Of a stretch of DNA of 64,000 nt, positions 43,916 through 53,229 are shown in pieces (the first letter of the stretch is position 1; every line of letters begins with the position of its first letter). The notes under the pieces were generated by a model, which made no database searches, had not been told where the DNA came from, and worked only from the letters and a program-made list of their open reading frames with translations. The position numbers and the translations under genes were made by a program. The DNA comes from a virus (taxonomy: Duplodnaviria > Caudoviricetes), in the IMG/VR virus record IMGVR_UViG_3300028549_000365, positions 1 to 64,000 of that record; one strand, 5' to 3'.

Positions 43916-45742
43916 ATGGCTGGAACAATTAAAGCGGGTATACCGCACGTAATTAAAGTTAACACAAAAGCTGATAAAATGGGTCAAGAAGCTGGGTTCG
44001 ATTTAAAATACTACAATGATGCTACTAGAGAAATGGTTTCTGTTGCTGGTGCATTTTTTGAATTTGAAAATACTATAGTTCCTGCGAGTACAACTGTTGT
44101 TGGAAATCACGCTGCTGGTATTAAAGAGCTTACTCTTGATAGTGCTACGTCTTTCCCAAGAGGTTCTGTACTTAAAATAGGTGATAACTACTCTAGAGTA
44201 GTATCTGTTGCTGGTAACGTAGTTACTTTAAAACACGGACTTGCTGTTGCTGTTGTTGGTGGAGCTACTGTTGATCTTTCTGGTAGAACTGGTACATATG
44301 GTTTACCTGTAACATTCCCTGCGAAAGGAAAATATACAGTACATATGTCTAACCCATCTATTGGTATGGATAATGAGGCTGCACCTGTAAGTGTTGAGAA
44401 TGCAGATATTGACGATGTTAAATTGTTAATAGATACATTACAAGCTGACATGAGCGCTGTTAAATCACAAGTTGATGCATTAGACGAAGATGAAGTTAAT
44501 AATATTTCTGAGAAAGTTACTGAATTAACAACTACTTTGAACACTGTACATAAACTTATTCTTAACACTGATGGTTCTGGAAGCGCAGTACCTAGTATTG
44601 TTGTAGCTGGAGAGTTATTGAGTCCTACATTAAATATAGTTGCTGGTGATACTTTAACAGGTAATACTTCTGGAGCTACTGGTATTGTTGCTAATATAGC
44701 TTTTGACGGTACAAATACTACTATTGAGTTAAGTAATGTATCTGGAGTTTTCCAAACTGGTGAGACTTTAACTTTAACAAGTACTATTCCTGTAGGTTGG
44801 GAAGTTGCAGATCAGATATCGTCAAATGGATTAACATCAGTAGATAATGGAAATGGTACATATACAGTTACAGTTGATACAACTGGATTTACACCTGTAA
44901 ATAGTGTTGCTATGATATCTGACGTATCTGGTGATTACACTCCATCAATAAGTGATGTGGTTATAGACAATGCTAATCACACAGTTACATTCATAACTAT
45001 AAATAACTTATCTTCAATGCCTGACGATATATATGCTTCAGGAGCTTATACTGATTATAATGGTGTACAAATTGAAAATGTAACAGTTAACTCTACAGGT
45101 AACAATGCTATAGATTCTGTTATTGAGTTTGTAGAAGAGATTAACAGATTGTTAAACGCAGAAAATGGATTAGCTGTACTTAAAGGTCTTAATAAAGATA
45201 TCGAAAATCTTATTAACGGTTCAGCTACATTAGAAGATGGTAGTGTTAACCCTACCGCAGGTAAAGGTCTTGTTAAAATATTCGATGAAATAGTAGCTAG
45301 TCATAGCGAAATTACAGAAATTAAAACATTAGTTAACGATACTACTGTTGGACTTGCTGCTATCAAAACTGCTGTAGATGCTGGTAAAACTGCTATCGAA
45401 GCTAAATTAGACGCTATGTTAAATGGTGCTGATGAAAACAGTTTAACTGCTAAAATCAACGCTGTTAAGTTAGCTGTGGAAGCTAACAGATCTATATTAG
45501 AAAACAGTACATTCGGATTAGAAGCTGTTAAAACTAACTTAGATACATTAGCTGCGTTGTTTGTTGACGGTGGATCTGTTGAAGTTAGATTTGATGTTAT
45601 TAACGAAGCACTTGCTACGTTAAGTTCTGCTATACTTACAGCTATTGAACAACAAACTGCTCATTTAGATTCTAAGTTCGCTGAATTAGAAGCTAAGTTA
45701 ACTGCTAACGCAGAAGCTACAACTTACTCAGTATTTGCATAA
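43916..45742 (+). CDS. putative virion fibre/structural protein with C-terminal coiled coil
   Basis: AAGGA RBS before the ATG at 43916; beta-rich middle, heptad C-terminus ending AEATTYSVFA. Confidence 0.65.
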   Translation: MAGTIKAGIPHVIKVNTKADKMGQEAGFDLKYYNDATREMVSVAGAFFEFENTIVPASTTVVGNHAAGIKELTLDSATSFPRGSVLKIGDNYSRVVSVAGNVVTLKHGLAVAVVGGATVDLSGRTGTYGLPVTFPAKGKYTVHMSNPSIGMDNEAAPVSVENADIDDVKLLIDTLQADMSAVKSQVDALDEDEVNNISEKVTELTTTLNTVHKLILNTDGSGSAVPSIVVAGELLSPTLNIVAGDTLTGNTSGATGIVANIAFDGTNTTIELSNVSGVFQTGETLTLTSTIPVGWEVADQISSNGLTSVDNGNGTYTVTVDTTGFTPVNSVAMISDVSGDYTPSISDVVIDNANHTVTFITINNLSSMPDDIYASGAYTDYNGVQIENVTVNSTGNNAIDSVIEFVEEINRLLNAENGLAVLKGLNKDIENLINGSATLEDGSVNPTAGKGLVKIFDEIVASHSEITEIKTLVNDTTVGLAAIKTAVDAGKTAIEAKLDAMLNGADENSLTAKINAVKLAVEANRSILENSTFGLEAVKTNLDTLAALFVDGGSVEVRFDVINEALATLSSAILTAIEQQTAHLDSKFAELEAKLTANAEATTYSVFA

Positions 45743-45812
45743 TAACAAATCTGTGTACACTAGAGGGCTGTTTACAGCTCTCGTGTGTCTACAAAATAAT
45801 AAAGGAATAACA

Positions 45813-46640
45813 ATGGAAAGATATGAACTAGTAGAAAAAGGACAATCTAATATTAAAGTAACTACTAATAAGGTGACTGGTACCACGACGTTAAAAGTGT
45901 ATAAGATAACAGGAACTGGTGCTACTCCTATATTGACAGATATATCACCAGCTAACCCAACTATAACTTCTATAGCATCAGGTGCTTTTAAGCAATATAA
46001 TTTAACCGCTCCTAATGAGGATTGTTATGTGTTAGTTTTATTCAATGGTATACCACAGTTTTTTAGAGTCGGTGTACCAACTTTAAGAATATTTACATAC
46101 AATGGTAAGACTACACCTGTTGTTACATATAAGCTATTAACGTTCGCTGGTGTTGTTTCAATGCAAGGTAACATGACGCATCTAGGTATAGGCATTTGGT
46201 ACGTTACACCTAACACTACAGGTGATTTCATATTTAGCTGTTCTGTAGGCGCACCTATACCTGTTCATACGCCTTATGTAGTTGATACTGTTGGTATGTC
46301 TGGAAAGATAGTGTTCCAAAAAGATAAATGGATGATGCTTGCTGTTCCTAAAGAGAACGCTAAGATATCTGATCTGTGTGCAGCTATGGAAACTAAATAC
46401 GGTGTATCAGCTAGTACAATATTTAGAATATTCAATGCTTACCCAGCTACAGCTACACAAAGTGATGAGATGTTAGATTATAAACCTAACGTTACACCTA
46501 ACAACACTAAATATAACTTTAGTTTAGTTTATTCTGACGGTACTAGCAAAGAAATAACTGGTTTTTGGTGTAGAACGTTAAACTACACTGTTAATAATAA
46601 TGCTAGTGAATTAGCTACTTATGAGTGGAGTTCTAATTAG
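45813..46640 (+). CDS. putative virion structural protein
   Basis: AAGGA RBS before the ATG at 45813; Thr/Gly-rich beta composition. Confidence 0.6.
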   Translation: MERYELVEKGQSNIKVTTNKVTGTTTLKVYKITGTGATPILTDISPANPTITSIASGAFKQYNLTAPNEDCYVLVLFNGIPQFFRVGVPTLRIFTYNGKTTPVVTYKLLTFAGVVSMQGNMTHLGIGIWYVTPNTTGDFIFSCSVGAPIPVHTPYVVDTVGMSGKIVFQKDKWMMLAVPKENAKISDLCAAMETKYGVSASTIFRIFNAYPATATQSDEMLDYKPNVTPNNTKYNFSLVYSDGTSKEITGFWCRTLNYTVNNNASELATYEWSSN

Positions 46641-46643
46641 ACG

Positions 46644-46671
46644 ACTATATAGAGGAATTCCTCTATATAGT
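46644..46671 (+). terminator. palindromic hairpin terminator
   Basis: Perfect 28-bp palindrome ACTATATAGAGGAATTCCTCTATATAGT. Confidence 0.75.
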
Positions 46672-46707
46672 TAGTGTTTTAATGAATATTATAAATTAGG
46701 AAAATGT

Positions 46708-46899
46708 ATGTTAATAGAAACAAAAGATTATGGGTTGATAGCGTATTGTATATTATTTCACAATGGTACAAAAGAAGAAAATGGTGTTAGAATACATACT
46801 GATCATCAGCATGTAAAACCTATAGATATTACCAAAGAGTATGAAAAAAGCGACTATAGTGTTTTTAATAAAATACTTAAAGCAGTAATAAAGGGCTAA
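46708..46899 (+). CDS. hypothetical protein
   Basis: AGGA RBS. Confidence 0.6.
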   Translation: MLIETKDYGLIAYCILFHNGTKEENGVRIHTDHQHVKPIDITKEYEKSDYSVFNKILKAVIKG

Positions 46900-46900
46900 T

Positions 46901-47503
46901 ATGATAGTTAACTATTCAATAAACGGAGGAGTTACCGTTAACGGTGTTAATGTAGCTAGTAAGTTTATTGTTAAGAATTTAACTAATGACTTTACTAGTA
47001 AAGAATATATAAGTGAGATTGGTTACTATAACACTAATCTAGGTAACTTTAAAGATACTATTTTTAATAACGGTGATTTAATAACTATAACATTCTTTAT
47101 ACGGCATAATGGTATAGACTATAGTTATATAGCGTATACGTTTATAGATATTACTAAAGATGTCACAACAATGAATATACAATTACAACCTAACTGGAAT
47201 TATACATCTAATATATTACTCACCAAGAGTAATACTAATGTTAATATTAAGTTCGTTACAAATATTTATCAATCTATAGTGTATATATTGTATATAAAAT
47301 ATGATGGTGTTTATAAAGAAGTTTCTAAGAAAAATATATTATCTCAGAATGTTAATATAAAAGTATCTAGTAACGGTGAGTATAAAGTGGTTGGTTACGT
47401 ATTAGATAATAATAGATTGTTGTCATACACTAGTAAAGAATTTGATATAGAAAATGTTGTTATAGAAGACTGTCAACAAACGACATATTACGATTGGGAA
47501 TAA
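46901..47503 (+). CDS. hypothetical (probable structural) protein
   Basis: Packed run, beta-rich. Confidence 0.65.
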   Translation: MIVNYSINGGVTVNGVNVASKFIVKNLTNDFTSKEYISEIGYYNTNLGNFKDTIFNNGDLITITFFIRHNGIDYSYIAYTFIDITKDVTTMNIQLQPNWNYTSNILLTKSNTNVNIKFVTNIYQSIVYILYIKYDGVYKEVSKKNILSQNVNIKVSSNGEYKVVGYVLDNNRLLSYTSKEFDIENVVIEDCQQTTYYDWE

Positions 47504-47507
47504 TATT

Positions 47508-47873
47508 ATGAGATATAGTAAAACAGAAATAACTACTTTAGTTGGTAACTTTAAACCAAACTCTATAGTAACTATAAAGTTAATAGATAGTAATACAGAC
47601 ACACTAGTAAATTTAACTAGTTCTACTTGTACAGAGAGTAGACATATACCTGGTGTATATTTATGGAAGACAGATAAGATAAGTGACAGTAACTTAAAGA
47701 ATGTTTTTCATAATTTAGTTTACGAGATGAGTAGTAACGACGGTAAGAAATTCTACGGTAAATTTATTTACAGTGGATATGTTGATAAGAATGTTGTTGT
47801 TGATTTTGACGATATTAAAGTCAATCTAAATGATTTACAAGATGGAATAGATTTAATAAACGGAAGGATATAA
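47508..47873 (+). CDS. hypothetical (probable structural) protein
   Basis: Packed run. Confidence 0.65.
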   Translation: MRYSKTEITTLVGNFKPNSIVTIKLIDSNTDTLVNLTSSTCTESRHIPGVYLWKTDKISDSNLKNVFHNLVYEMSSNDGKKFYGKFIYSGYVDKNVVVDFDDIKVNLNDLQDGIDLINGRI

Positions 47874-47877
47874 TATT

Positions 47878-48750
47878 ATGGTTACAGTTAGATTAAGCGA
47901 GTTAGATATAGATGTTGATGTTACACATATTTCAACAGACTATCAAGTAGCTACAGATAGGTTATTCAGTATAGATAGTATAGTTTGTGAATCCATAGAC
48001 GATACTGTTAATAAGACGTTTATAACGTTTAACGAAGTGTTAGACCCAACTATTAAATACTATGGTAGAGCTAGGGTGAGATTATCTACTGGTTGTGCTA
48101 TATGGGGTGATGTAAGTATGTTTATACCTAAAGATATAAACGACGTAGAGTTAGATGGTGATTTACCTACTAGGGTTGGCATACCGCAAATAGCTAGCTC
48201 TAGTAGTTTTGAAGCACACACAACTACATTATTCACATTATATGCAACTGGTTTTGGTGTTATAGGTAACGCTGGACACACTATGACTTCGTGGATTATA
48301 GAAGATGTAAATGGTAATATAGTATGGAGTTCTGTTAATGATTATCTTAACAAAACAAAGATAAGTATAAATTCAATTTTACTTAAAGAAAATAACATAT
48401 ATAGATTTAAAGTTATATTTCACACTACTAGTAATGACGCTAGTCAGATAGCTACAAAGACTGTTAGAACATATAAATCAGAATTTATAAACTTACAGAA
48501 TAATATAACACATATAGATGGTTCTGTTGATAACGAGATATCGATATTCCAACAAACTGATTTAACATCTGTTAACTGGAAGATATTTACTATGGGTGAA
48601 AATAAGGAACAATTGACTTGGGAATATAGTAGTAATACAAATGTAGCTAACATACCAGCTAATACACTCAAGAATGTAAACAGTTATTTATTAGCGATAA
48701 CTACTAACTTATCTGTTAATCCACGTTACATAGCTTTTACGACATATTAA
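47878..48750 (+). CDS. Ig/FN3-like virion structural protein
   Basis: Repeated THxSTDYQV / GHTMTSWII / SVNWKI strand motifs typical of jumbo phage Ig-like structural proteins. Confidence 0.55.
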   Translation: MVTVRLSELDIDVDVTHISTDYQVATDRLFSIDSIVCESIDDTVNKTFITFNEVLDPTIKYYGRARVRLSTGCAIWGDVSMFIPKDINDVELDGDLPTRVGIPQIASSSSFEAHTTTLFTLYATGFGVIGNAGHTMTSWIIEDVNGNIVWSSVNDYLNKTKISINSILLKENNIYRFKVIFHTTSNDASQIATKTVRTYKSEFINLQNNITHIDGSVDNEISIFQQTDLTSVNWKIFTMGENKEQLTWEYSSNTNVANIPANTLKNVNSYLLAITTNLSVNPRYIAFTTY

Positions 48751-48768
48751 CTATAAAAGGTAATAACT

Positions 48769-48984
48769 ATGAGGGAAAACATTAGAACCCTTTATAGGGT
48801 ATTTAAATTGCGTTTAAATGATATAGAATTTACAATGGATACAGACATCACTTCCTTAAGTGAAAATAACGAATTAATCAAGATGGAAATAGATCTCGAA
48901 GTGATGTTATTGTATCCTATGTTAGATATACATGTTATAGAAGAATGCAGAACACTTAGAGACTATTGTAAAATAGTTATATAG
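48769..48984 (+). CDS. hypothetical protein
   Basis: AAGG RBS; ends at the terminator. Confidence 0.6.
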   Translation: MRENIRTLYRVFKLRLNDIEFTMDTDITSLSENNELIKMEIDLEVMLLYPMLDIHVIEECRTLRDYCKIVI

Positions 48985-49020
48985 ACTACTACACATATGT
49001 GTAGTAGTCTATTATCTTTT
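48981..49020 (+). terminator. intrinsic terminator
   Basis: Perfect 32-bp palindrome ATAGACTACTACACATATGTGTAGTAGTCTAT followed by TATCTTTT. Confidence 0.8.
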
Positions 49021-49053
49021 GTAATCCATTATATTTCAACCGTATATCATAAG
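49021..49053 (+). promoter_or_regulatory. putative promoter cassette (copy of 17881)
   Basis: GTAATCCATTATATTTCAACCGTATATCATAAG. Confidence 0.65.
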
Positions 49054-49106
49054 TATAGAAATGTGTGGTAATTAGATACATTTACTTTTGTAATAAAGGA
49101 TTCAGA

Positions 49107-49352
49107 ATGTTAGACAAAAAAATGATAGTAACTGTCAACTTTGATGTTCGTAAAGGTGGTATCGATAGCGAGACTAAAACAAGTGGTGCGTGCGTTATTA
49201 TTATACAGAACGGTGAAATAGTAAACTCGTTAGGTAAAACTATTGATACGTGTAGCAATGAGTTGAATGAAAAAATACTTAGATACGTAAAATGGGAGTA
49301 TAGATTAGATTCAAGTACTTGTGTTGTGTTAACATCTATAACTAAACTTTAA
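49107..49352 (+). CDS. hypothetical protein
   Basis: AAGGA RBS before the ATG at 49107. Confidence 0.7.
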   Translation: MLDKKMIVTVNFDVRKGGIDSETKTSGACVIIIQNGEIVNSLGKTIDTCSNELNEKILRYVKWEYRLDSSTCVVLTSITKL

Positions 49353-49363
49353 GGAGCGCAAAA

Positions 49364-49780
49364 ATGAATGAACAGAAGTTTCTTAAAACGGTTTGTGATG
49401 ATGAAAGGGTTACTATTTCTGCTGGTAACTTAAAGAACTTGATTAAATGCAGAAATAGATTGCGGGACATAGATCATACACAACATCATGTTGTCGGAGA
49501 TCTGTTTAGCACTATGCCGTTTAAGACGGCTAAATACATGTCAGGAGAGTTGTTTAGAAAACAAATTAATACATGTTCAGGAGATGTTCTTGTTAATGCT
49601 AAAGAGTTAAAACTGGTATTGGATAACAAATCATATCTTGAAGATAGAGTATATAAGCTAGAGGAACAAGTAAAGTTACTTAAGAGTCAAAATAAAGAAC
49701 TCTATGAGTTATCGCTTAGAAATAAGCAAGAGATAAATATGTTTAACGGTATCACTAAGGTATCGTCTATACACGCATAA
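49364..49780 (+). CDS. hypothetical protein
   Basis: AAGGAG RBS; C-terminal coiled coil. Confidence 0.75.
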   Translation: MNEQKFLKTVCDDERVTISAGNLKNLIKCRNRLRDIDHTQHHVVGDLFSTMPFKTAKYMSGELFRKQINTCSGDVLVNAKELKLVLDNKSYLEDRVYKLEEQVKLLKSQNKELYELSLRNKQEINMFNGITKVSSIHA

Positions 49781-49793
49781 AGAAAGGTAAACA

Positions 49794-50177
49794 ATGATTG
49801 AAAAAATTAATACAGCAAATAACTTAATGACCGCCATGAAGATTAAAGCAATAAAATTGGAAACTATTAATATTGATAATTTAATTTTCTCTCTTAATAA
49901 TGTTGACAAACATTATGTAACAACGAACAAACTTACTACTTGGTATTGTGCTAACGTATATAGACATGGTCTACCAAAAAATGAATCTGAAATAAAAGAA
50001 TATTGTTCAAGAACTAACCTTTTCAGAAGTTTACACGACAATGACTATGAGAGACGAGTTAGATTAGTGTGTGGAACAGAAGAGTCTATTGATAAATTAC
50101 TAAATTATCTTACAGATAATAACACGGAAAGGGGTAAAAATGAAAGAATTAAAAGTACTAATATCAAAATGGGATAG
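49794..50177 (+). CDS. hypothetical protein
   Basis: AAGG RBS. Confidence 0.7.
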   Translation: MIEKINTANNLMTAMKIKAIKLETINIDNLIFSLNNVDKHYVTTNKLTTWYCANVYRHGLPKNESEIKEYCSRTNLFRSLHDNDYERRVRLVCGTEESIDKLLNYLTDNNTERGKNERIKSTNIKMG

Positions 50178-50595
50178 CAACACTATACGTGTGACAAGTA
50201 AACGTACAAATGAAGTAAAGTTATTTAGTACAAATATACCTTATAGCACGTATGATTTAGAGTGTATATTTGATTTCCGCGATATTACATCAGACGAAAT
50301 TAATGAACAGTTTGGACAGATATGTTTGAATTCAGGTATAGTTGTTCTTGTAGTGCACGTTAGGATTTGTAACTTTACACAATATGTATTTTTACCGTTA
50401 AGTAACACATACGACCTATTAGTACCTGAAGATGAAATAAAACATTACATTGGTAAAGGTGGCAGCGGAATAGAATATCTAAGGAAAAGAATACTTAGAG
50501 TATTCGATATAGCCGAACGACAAAGTGAAGGTACATTTAAGCCGTTAAGAGATTTTAAAATAAGAGTATTTAACGAACAAGGGGTAAGAAAATGA
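50140..50595 (+). CDS. KH-domain-like RNA-binding protein
   Basis: LLVPEDEIKHYIGKGGSGIEYLRK contains the KH IGxxGxxI loop, resembling KhpA. Confidence 0.6.
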   Translation: MKELKVLISKWDSNTIRVTSKRTNEVKLFSTNIPYSTYDLECIFDFRDITSDEINEQFGQICLNSGIVVLVVHVRICNFTQYVFLPLSNTYDLLVPEDEIKHYIGKGGSGIEYLRKRILRVFDIAERQSEGTFKPLRDFKIRVFNEQGVRK

Positions 50596-50801
50596 AATCA
50601 AAGATTAAAAGAAACAAGCATAAAATGTTGGCTGTTGGTTATCACTGTTTACGTAGTTTAGTTGTAAGACAAATAATCGTAGAGAAAAAGTATTGTAACA
50701 CTAAACATGGTGATGAAGCTATGAGTGGTATATTTATAGAAATACATCATGTTTTTAATAGAATTAAAAATATTAGAAAGAGTGTATTAAAATTGAAATA
50801 A
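50592..50801 (+). CDS. small basic protein (paralog of next)
   Basis: MKSKIKRNKHKML...RIKNIRKSVLKLK. Confidence 0.7.
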   Translation: MKSKIKRNKHKMLAVGYHCLRSLVVRQIIVEKKYCNTKHGDEAMSGIFIEIHHVFNRIKNIRKSVLKLK

Positions 50802-50811
50802 AAGGTATGAA

Positions 50812-51042
50812 ATGAAATGTAAGCTTAAAAGAAGTAAGCACAAGCTGCTTACAATATACAAACAGTGTATGTATAAAGACTGTATACATGAGATTTACAC
50901 GCAACAATTACTTAGCTGTAAGCATATGGAACACAGTGAGCGGCGTGTGAAAGAACTTCGGGCTATTTATAATTATAAAATAGCACGAAACAAGAATCTT
51001 AAAAAGAAGATATTTAAATTAAAGGGGTGTAAAAGATGTTAG
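50812..51042 (+). CDS. small basic protein (paralog of previous)
   Basis: MKCKLKRSKHKLL...RNKNLKKKIFKLK. Confidence 0.7.
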   Translation: MKCKLKRSKHKLLTIYKQCMYKDCIHEIYTQQLLSCKHMEHSERRVKELRAIYNYKIARNKNLKKKIFKLKGCKRC

Positions 51043-51284
51043 AATCTATAGTAATGGGGTTTTTAGTTGTACTGCTTGCGGTTATGTTTGTTGTTATCAT
51101 TATGGATAGTGATACAGATGAATTAAAATATAAGTTTCTTAACTTGATTACATATTTATTATTAGTAAATCAAGTAGTAGATACTATGTACCAAGACAAA
51201 TGGTATATTATATTAGGTGCACTATGTTTAGTGTTAATATTTAAATGTGTTTATAAACACTTAGAAAGGGAACGAAATGTGTAA
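51036..51284 (+). CDS. small multi-pass membrane protein
   Basis: Three hydrophobic segments. Confidence 0.7.
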   Translation: MLESIVMGFLVVLLAVMFVVIIMDSDTDELKYKFLNLITYLLLVNQVVDTMYQDKWYIILGALCLVLIFKCVYKHLERERNV

Positions 51285-51666
51285 ATATAGTTCGTTAAAA
51301 GGTATAAAAAGAAATCTAGTTGTCGATAACACTTGCTTTCTAATGAAAAGTTTATTAGATAGTGAGTTAGTTATATACTACCCACCTGATAAGAATTATC
51401 AGGTGGGTGATCTAACAAGGTTTGCAGACAACACGCCTGTCTATTCCACGGTATTAAAACACTGTGAAATAAGAAAAAACTACAAAGACTTTATTCTTAA
51501 TCATAATAGTTCTTTTGGTGATAATAAACCATTTAAAGAATATATGATGGCATTAGCAAATAAATTAGAACGCTTGCAATTAGCCATAACAAAAGCTAAA
51601 CAAGGTGAAGTAATAGACGCGAGTTTAATACCGTGTAATTTACGCGTGCTGAATACAAATAAATAA
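51277..51666 (+). CDS. hypothetical protein
   Basis: Overlap coupling; ends at the bidirectional hairpin. Confidence 0.7.
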   Translation: MCKYSSLKGIKRNLVVDNTCFLMKSLLDSELVIYYPPDKNYQVGDLTRFADNTPVYSTVLKHCEIRKNYKDFILNHNSSFGDNKPFKEYMMALANKLERLQLAITKAKQGEVIDASLIPCNLRVLNTNK

Positions 51667-51696
51667 TTATAACAACAGGGATTCCTGTTGTTATAA
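51667..51696. terminator. bidirectional terminator between convergent genes
   Basis: TTATAACAACAGG-gatt-CCTGTTGTTATAA. Confidence 0.8.
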
Positions 51697-51948
51697 GCTA
51701 TTACTTTTATAATTTATATCTATATTTTTTTCTTTTAGATAAGCTTCTATTCCATCTAAAGAAGTTAAACGATCCATATCAGAGTTATCTATTAAGATAT
51801 CATAATGGTTCTCTATTATTATAGAGAGCTCCACTAAATCTAAAGAATCAGCCTCTAGTCCATCAACATCTAAGAAAGGCTTATCCTTAGGTAAGTTAAA
51901 ATTTATTATATGAAAATGTTCATATACTAACTTTTCTAACATAGACAT
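51691..51948 (-). CDS. acpP: acyl carrier protein
   Basis: GLEADSLDLVELSIIIENHYDILI: phosphopantetheine attachment motif DSLDxVE; 85 aa, acidic. Confidence 0.85.
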   Translation of the reverse strand: MSMLEKLVYEHFHIINFNLPKDKPFLDVDGLEADSLDLVELSIIIENHYDILIDNSDMDRLTSLDGIEAYLKEKNIDINYKSNSL

Positions 51949-51950
51949 AA

Positions 51951-52736
51951 TTAATCTTTCTTACAAATTTCAGTAACTTTATATCTACTTAACCCAGTTA
52001 GTTTAGCTATAGCGTTAAATGACAGACCACCAGCTCTTTTCTTTTTTATATCAGCTATAATTTCTTCAGAAGGTTCAGAATTATCTACACCACCTTTTAC
52101 AGCATCAACTGTAGTATTAGATAGTTCTGATATCGTGTTATCTCTTTCTTCTATAACTTTTAATAGTTCAGCTATTTTTGTTTCATGTTCTTTATTTTTA
52201 ACCGCTATAGATACATCTTTATTGTTTAGTTCTACGTTAACAGCATCAAGTTTAGCGTTTAACCCCTCTAGTTCTAAAGACTTTTTCTCTAGTTCAACTT
52301 TGTATCTATTTACATCACTAGCACTAACATCTAACAACTTAGTGTAATTACCTTCTACTGTAGTTAATTTTTTACTTGCTTCATTAAGTCTTTTCATTGC
52401 ATCTTCGTATCTAGTTGATATCTCACTGTTCTTAAGTCTAAGTGTGTAAATTTCATCAGAATCTGTTACATTCCTAGCCTCTAGTTTAGCTACAATACCA
52501 GTGTAGTTATCGCAAGACTCTTTAAGTAAAGCATTGTCTTTTAAAGCAGCATCTTTAAGTTTGTTACTAGTTTTTAACATACCATTCACTTCGTTTAATT
52601 CAGCTTCTAAACATTTTAATTCAGTTCCTAAACCATTTACTCTATTTACAGCTTTTAAAACCTCACTCTCAGGATATATTCTCTTATTAAACACTCTTTC
52701 CATAAACCCAATTGTATTAAAATCACTTATCAACAT
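51951..52736 (-). CDS. coiled-coil protein with C-terminal HTH
   Basis: Long heptad region; IKKKRAGGLSFNAIAKLTGLSRYKVTEIC is HTH-like. Confidence 0.7.
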   Translation of the reverse strand: MLISDFNTIGFMERVFNKRIYPESEVLKAVNRVNGLGTELKCLEAELNEVNGMLKTSNKLKDAALKDNALLKESCDNYTGIVAKLEARNVTDSDEIYTLRLKNSEISTRYEDAMKRLNEASKKLTTVEGNYTKLLDVSASDVNRYKVELEKKSLELEGLNAKLDAVNVELNNKDVSIAVKNKEHETKIAELLKVIEERDNTISELSNTTVDAVKGGVDNSEPSEEIIADIKKKRAGGLSFNAIAKLTGLSRYKVTEICKKD

Positions 52737-52746
52737 CTTTATTTCC

Positions 52747-53229
52747 TTATTTTAAAATATTATTTTGTCTAATATACTCTAGTAATGAATTACATTCTAA
52801 ACTATGTATATAACCTTTTGTCTTATTGCGTAGATAATTAATAACGTACTTTGTTTTATGTGGAAGAAAGCAATTTGTACAATCGCAATGTACTTTAACA
52901 ACATTATTAATATCTGGATTCTCGTAGTATATATCTTTAAATTTAGAATTTATACCACATACGCTAGCTATACCGATTTTCTTATCAATAATAATATCAT
53001 TATTAATAATAAAGTGCGGGCATGCACAAAGTAAACAATTTAAATCATCTACATTATGACATTTTATATTGTCTTTGTATAAAGGACAGAAACTAGTTTC
53101 GTTAGTCTTCATATTTTCATAATCAAAATAACTAGCTATTTCTTCTGGTGTAGTAAACTTACTACCTAGTTTAGATAGTATACTGTTTACTTTCTCGTCA
53201 TGATCTTTTATCCACTCATCATATGTCAT
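52747..53229 (-). CDS. cysteine-rich small domain (zf-like) protein
   Basis: FCPLYKDNIKCHNVDDLNCLLCACPHF...CGINS...DCTNCFLPH; ATGA-coupled to nrdJ. Confidence 0.7.
   Translation of the reverse strand: MTYDEWIKDHDEKVNSILSKLGSKFTTPEEIASYFDYENMKTNETSFCPLYKDNIKCHNVDDLNCLLCACPHFIINNDIIIDKKIGIASVCGINSKFKDIYYENPDINNVVKVHCDCTNCFLPHKTKYVINYLRNKTKGYIHSLECNSLLEYIRQNNILK

Noticed and set aside
45757-45786. Hairpin GAGGGCTG-ttta-CAGCTCTC as a terminator
   Set aside because: No T tract follows and the next gene starts within 30 nt; may be a processing or stability element, so not called.
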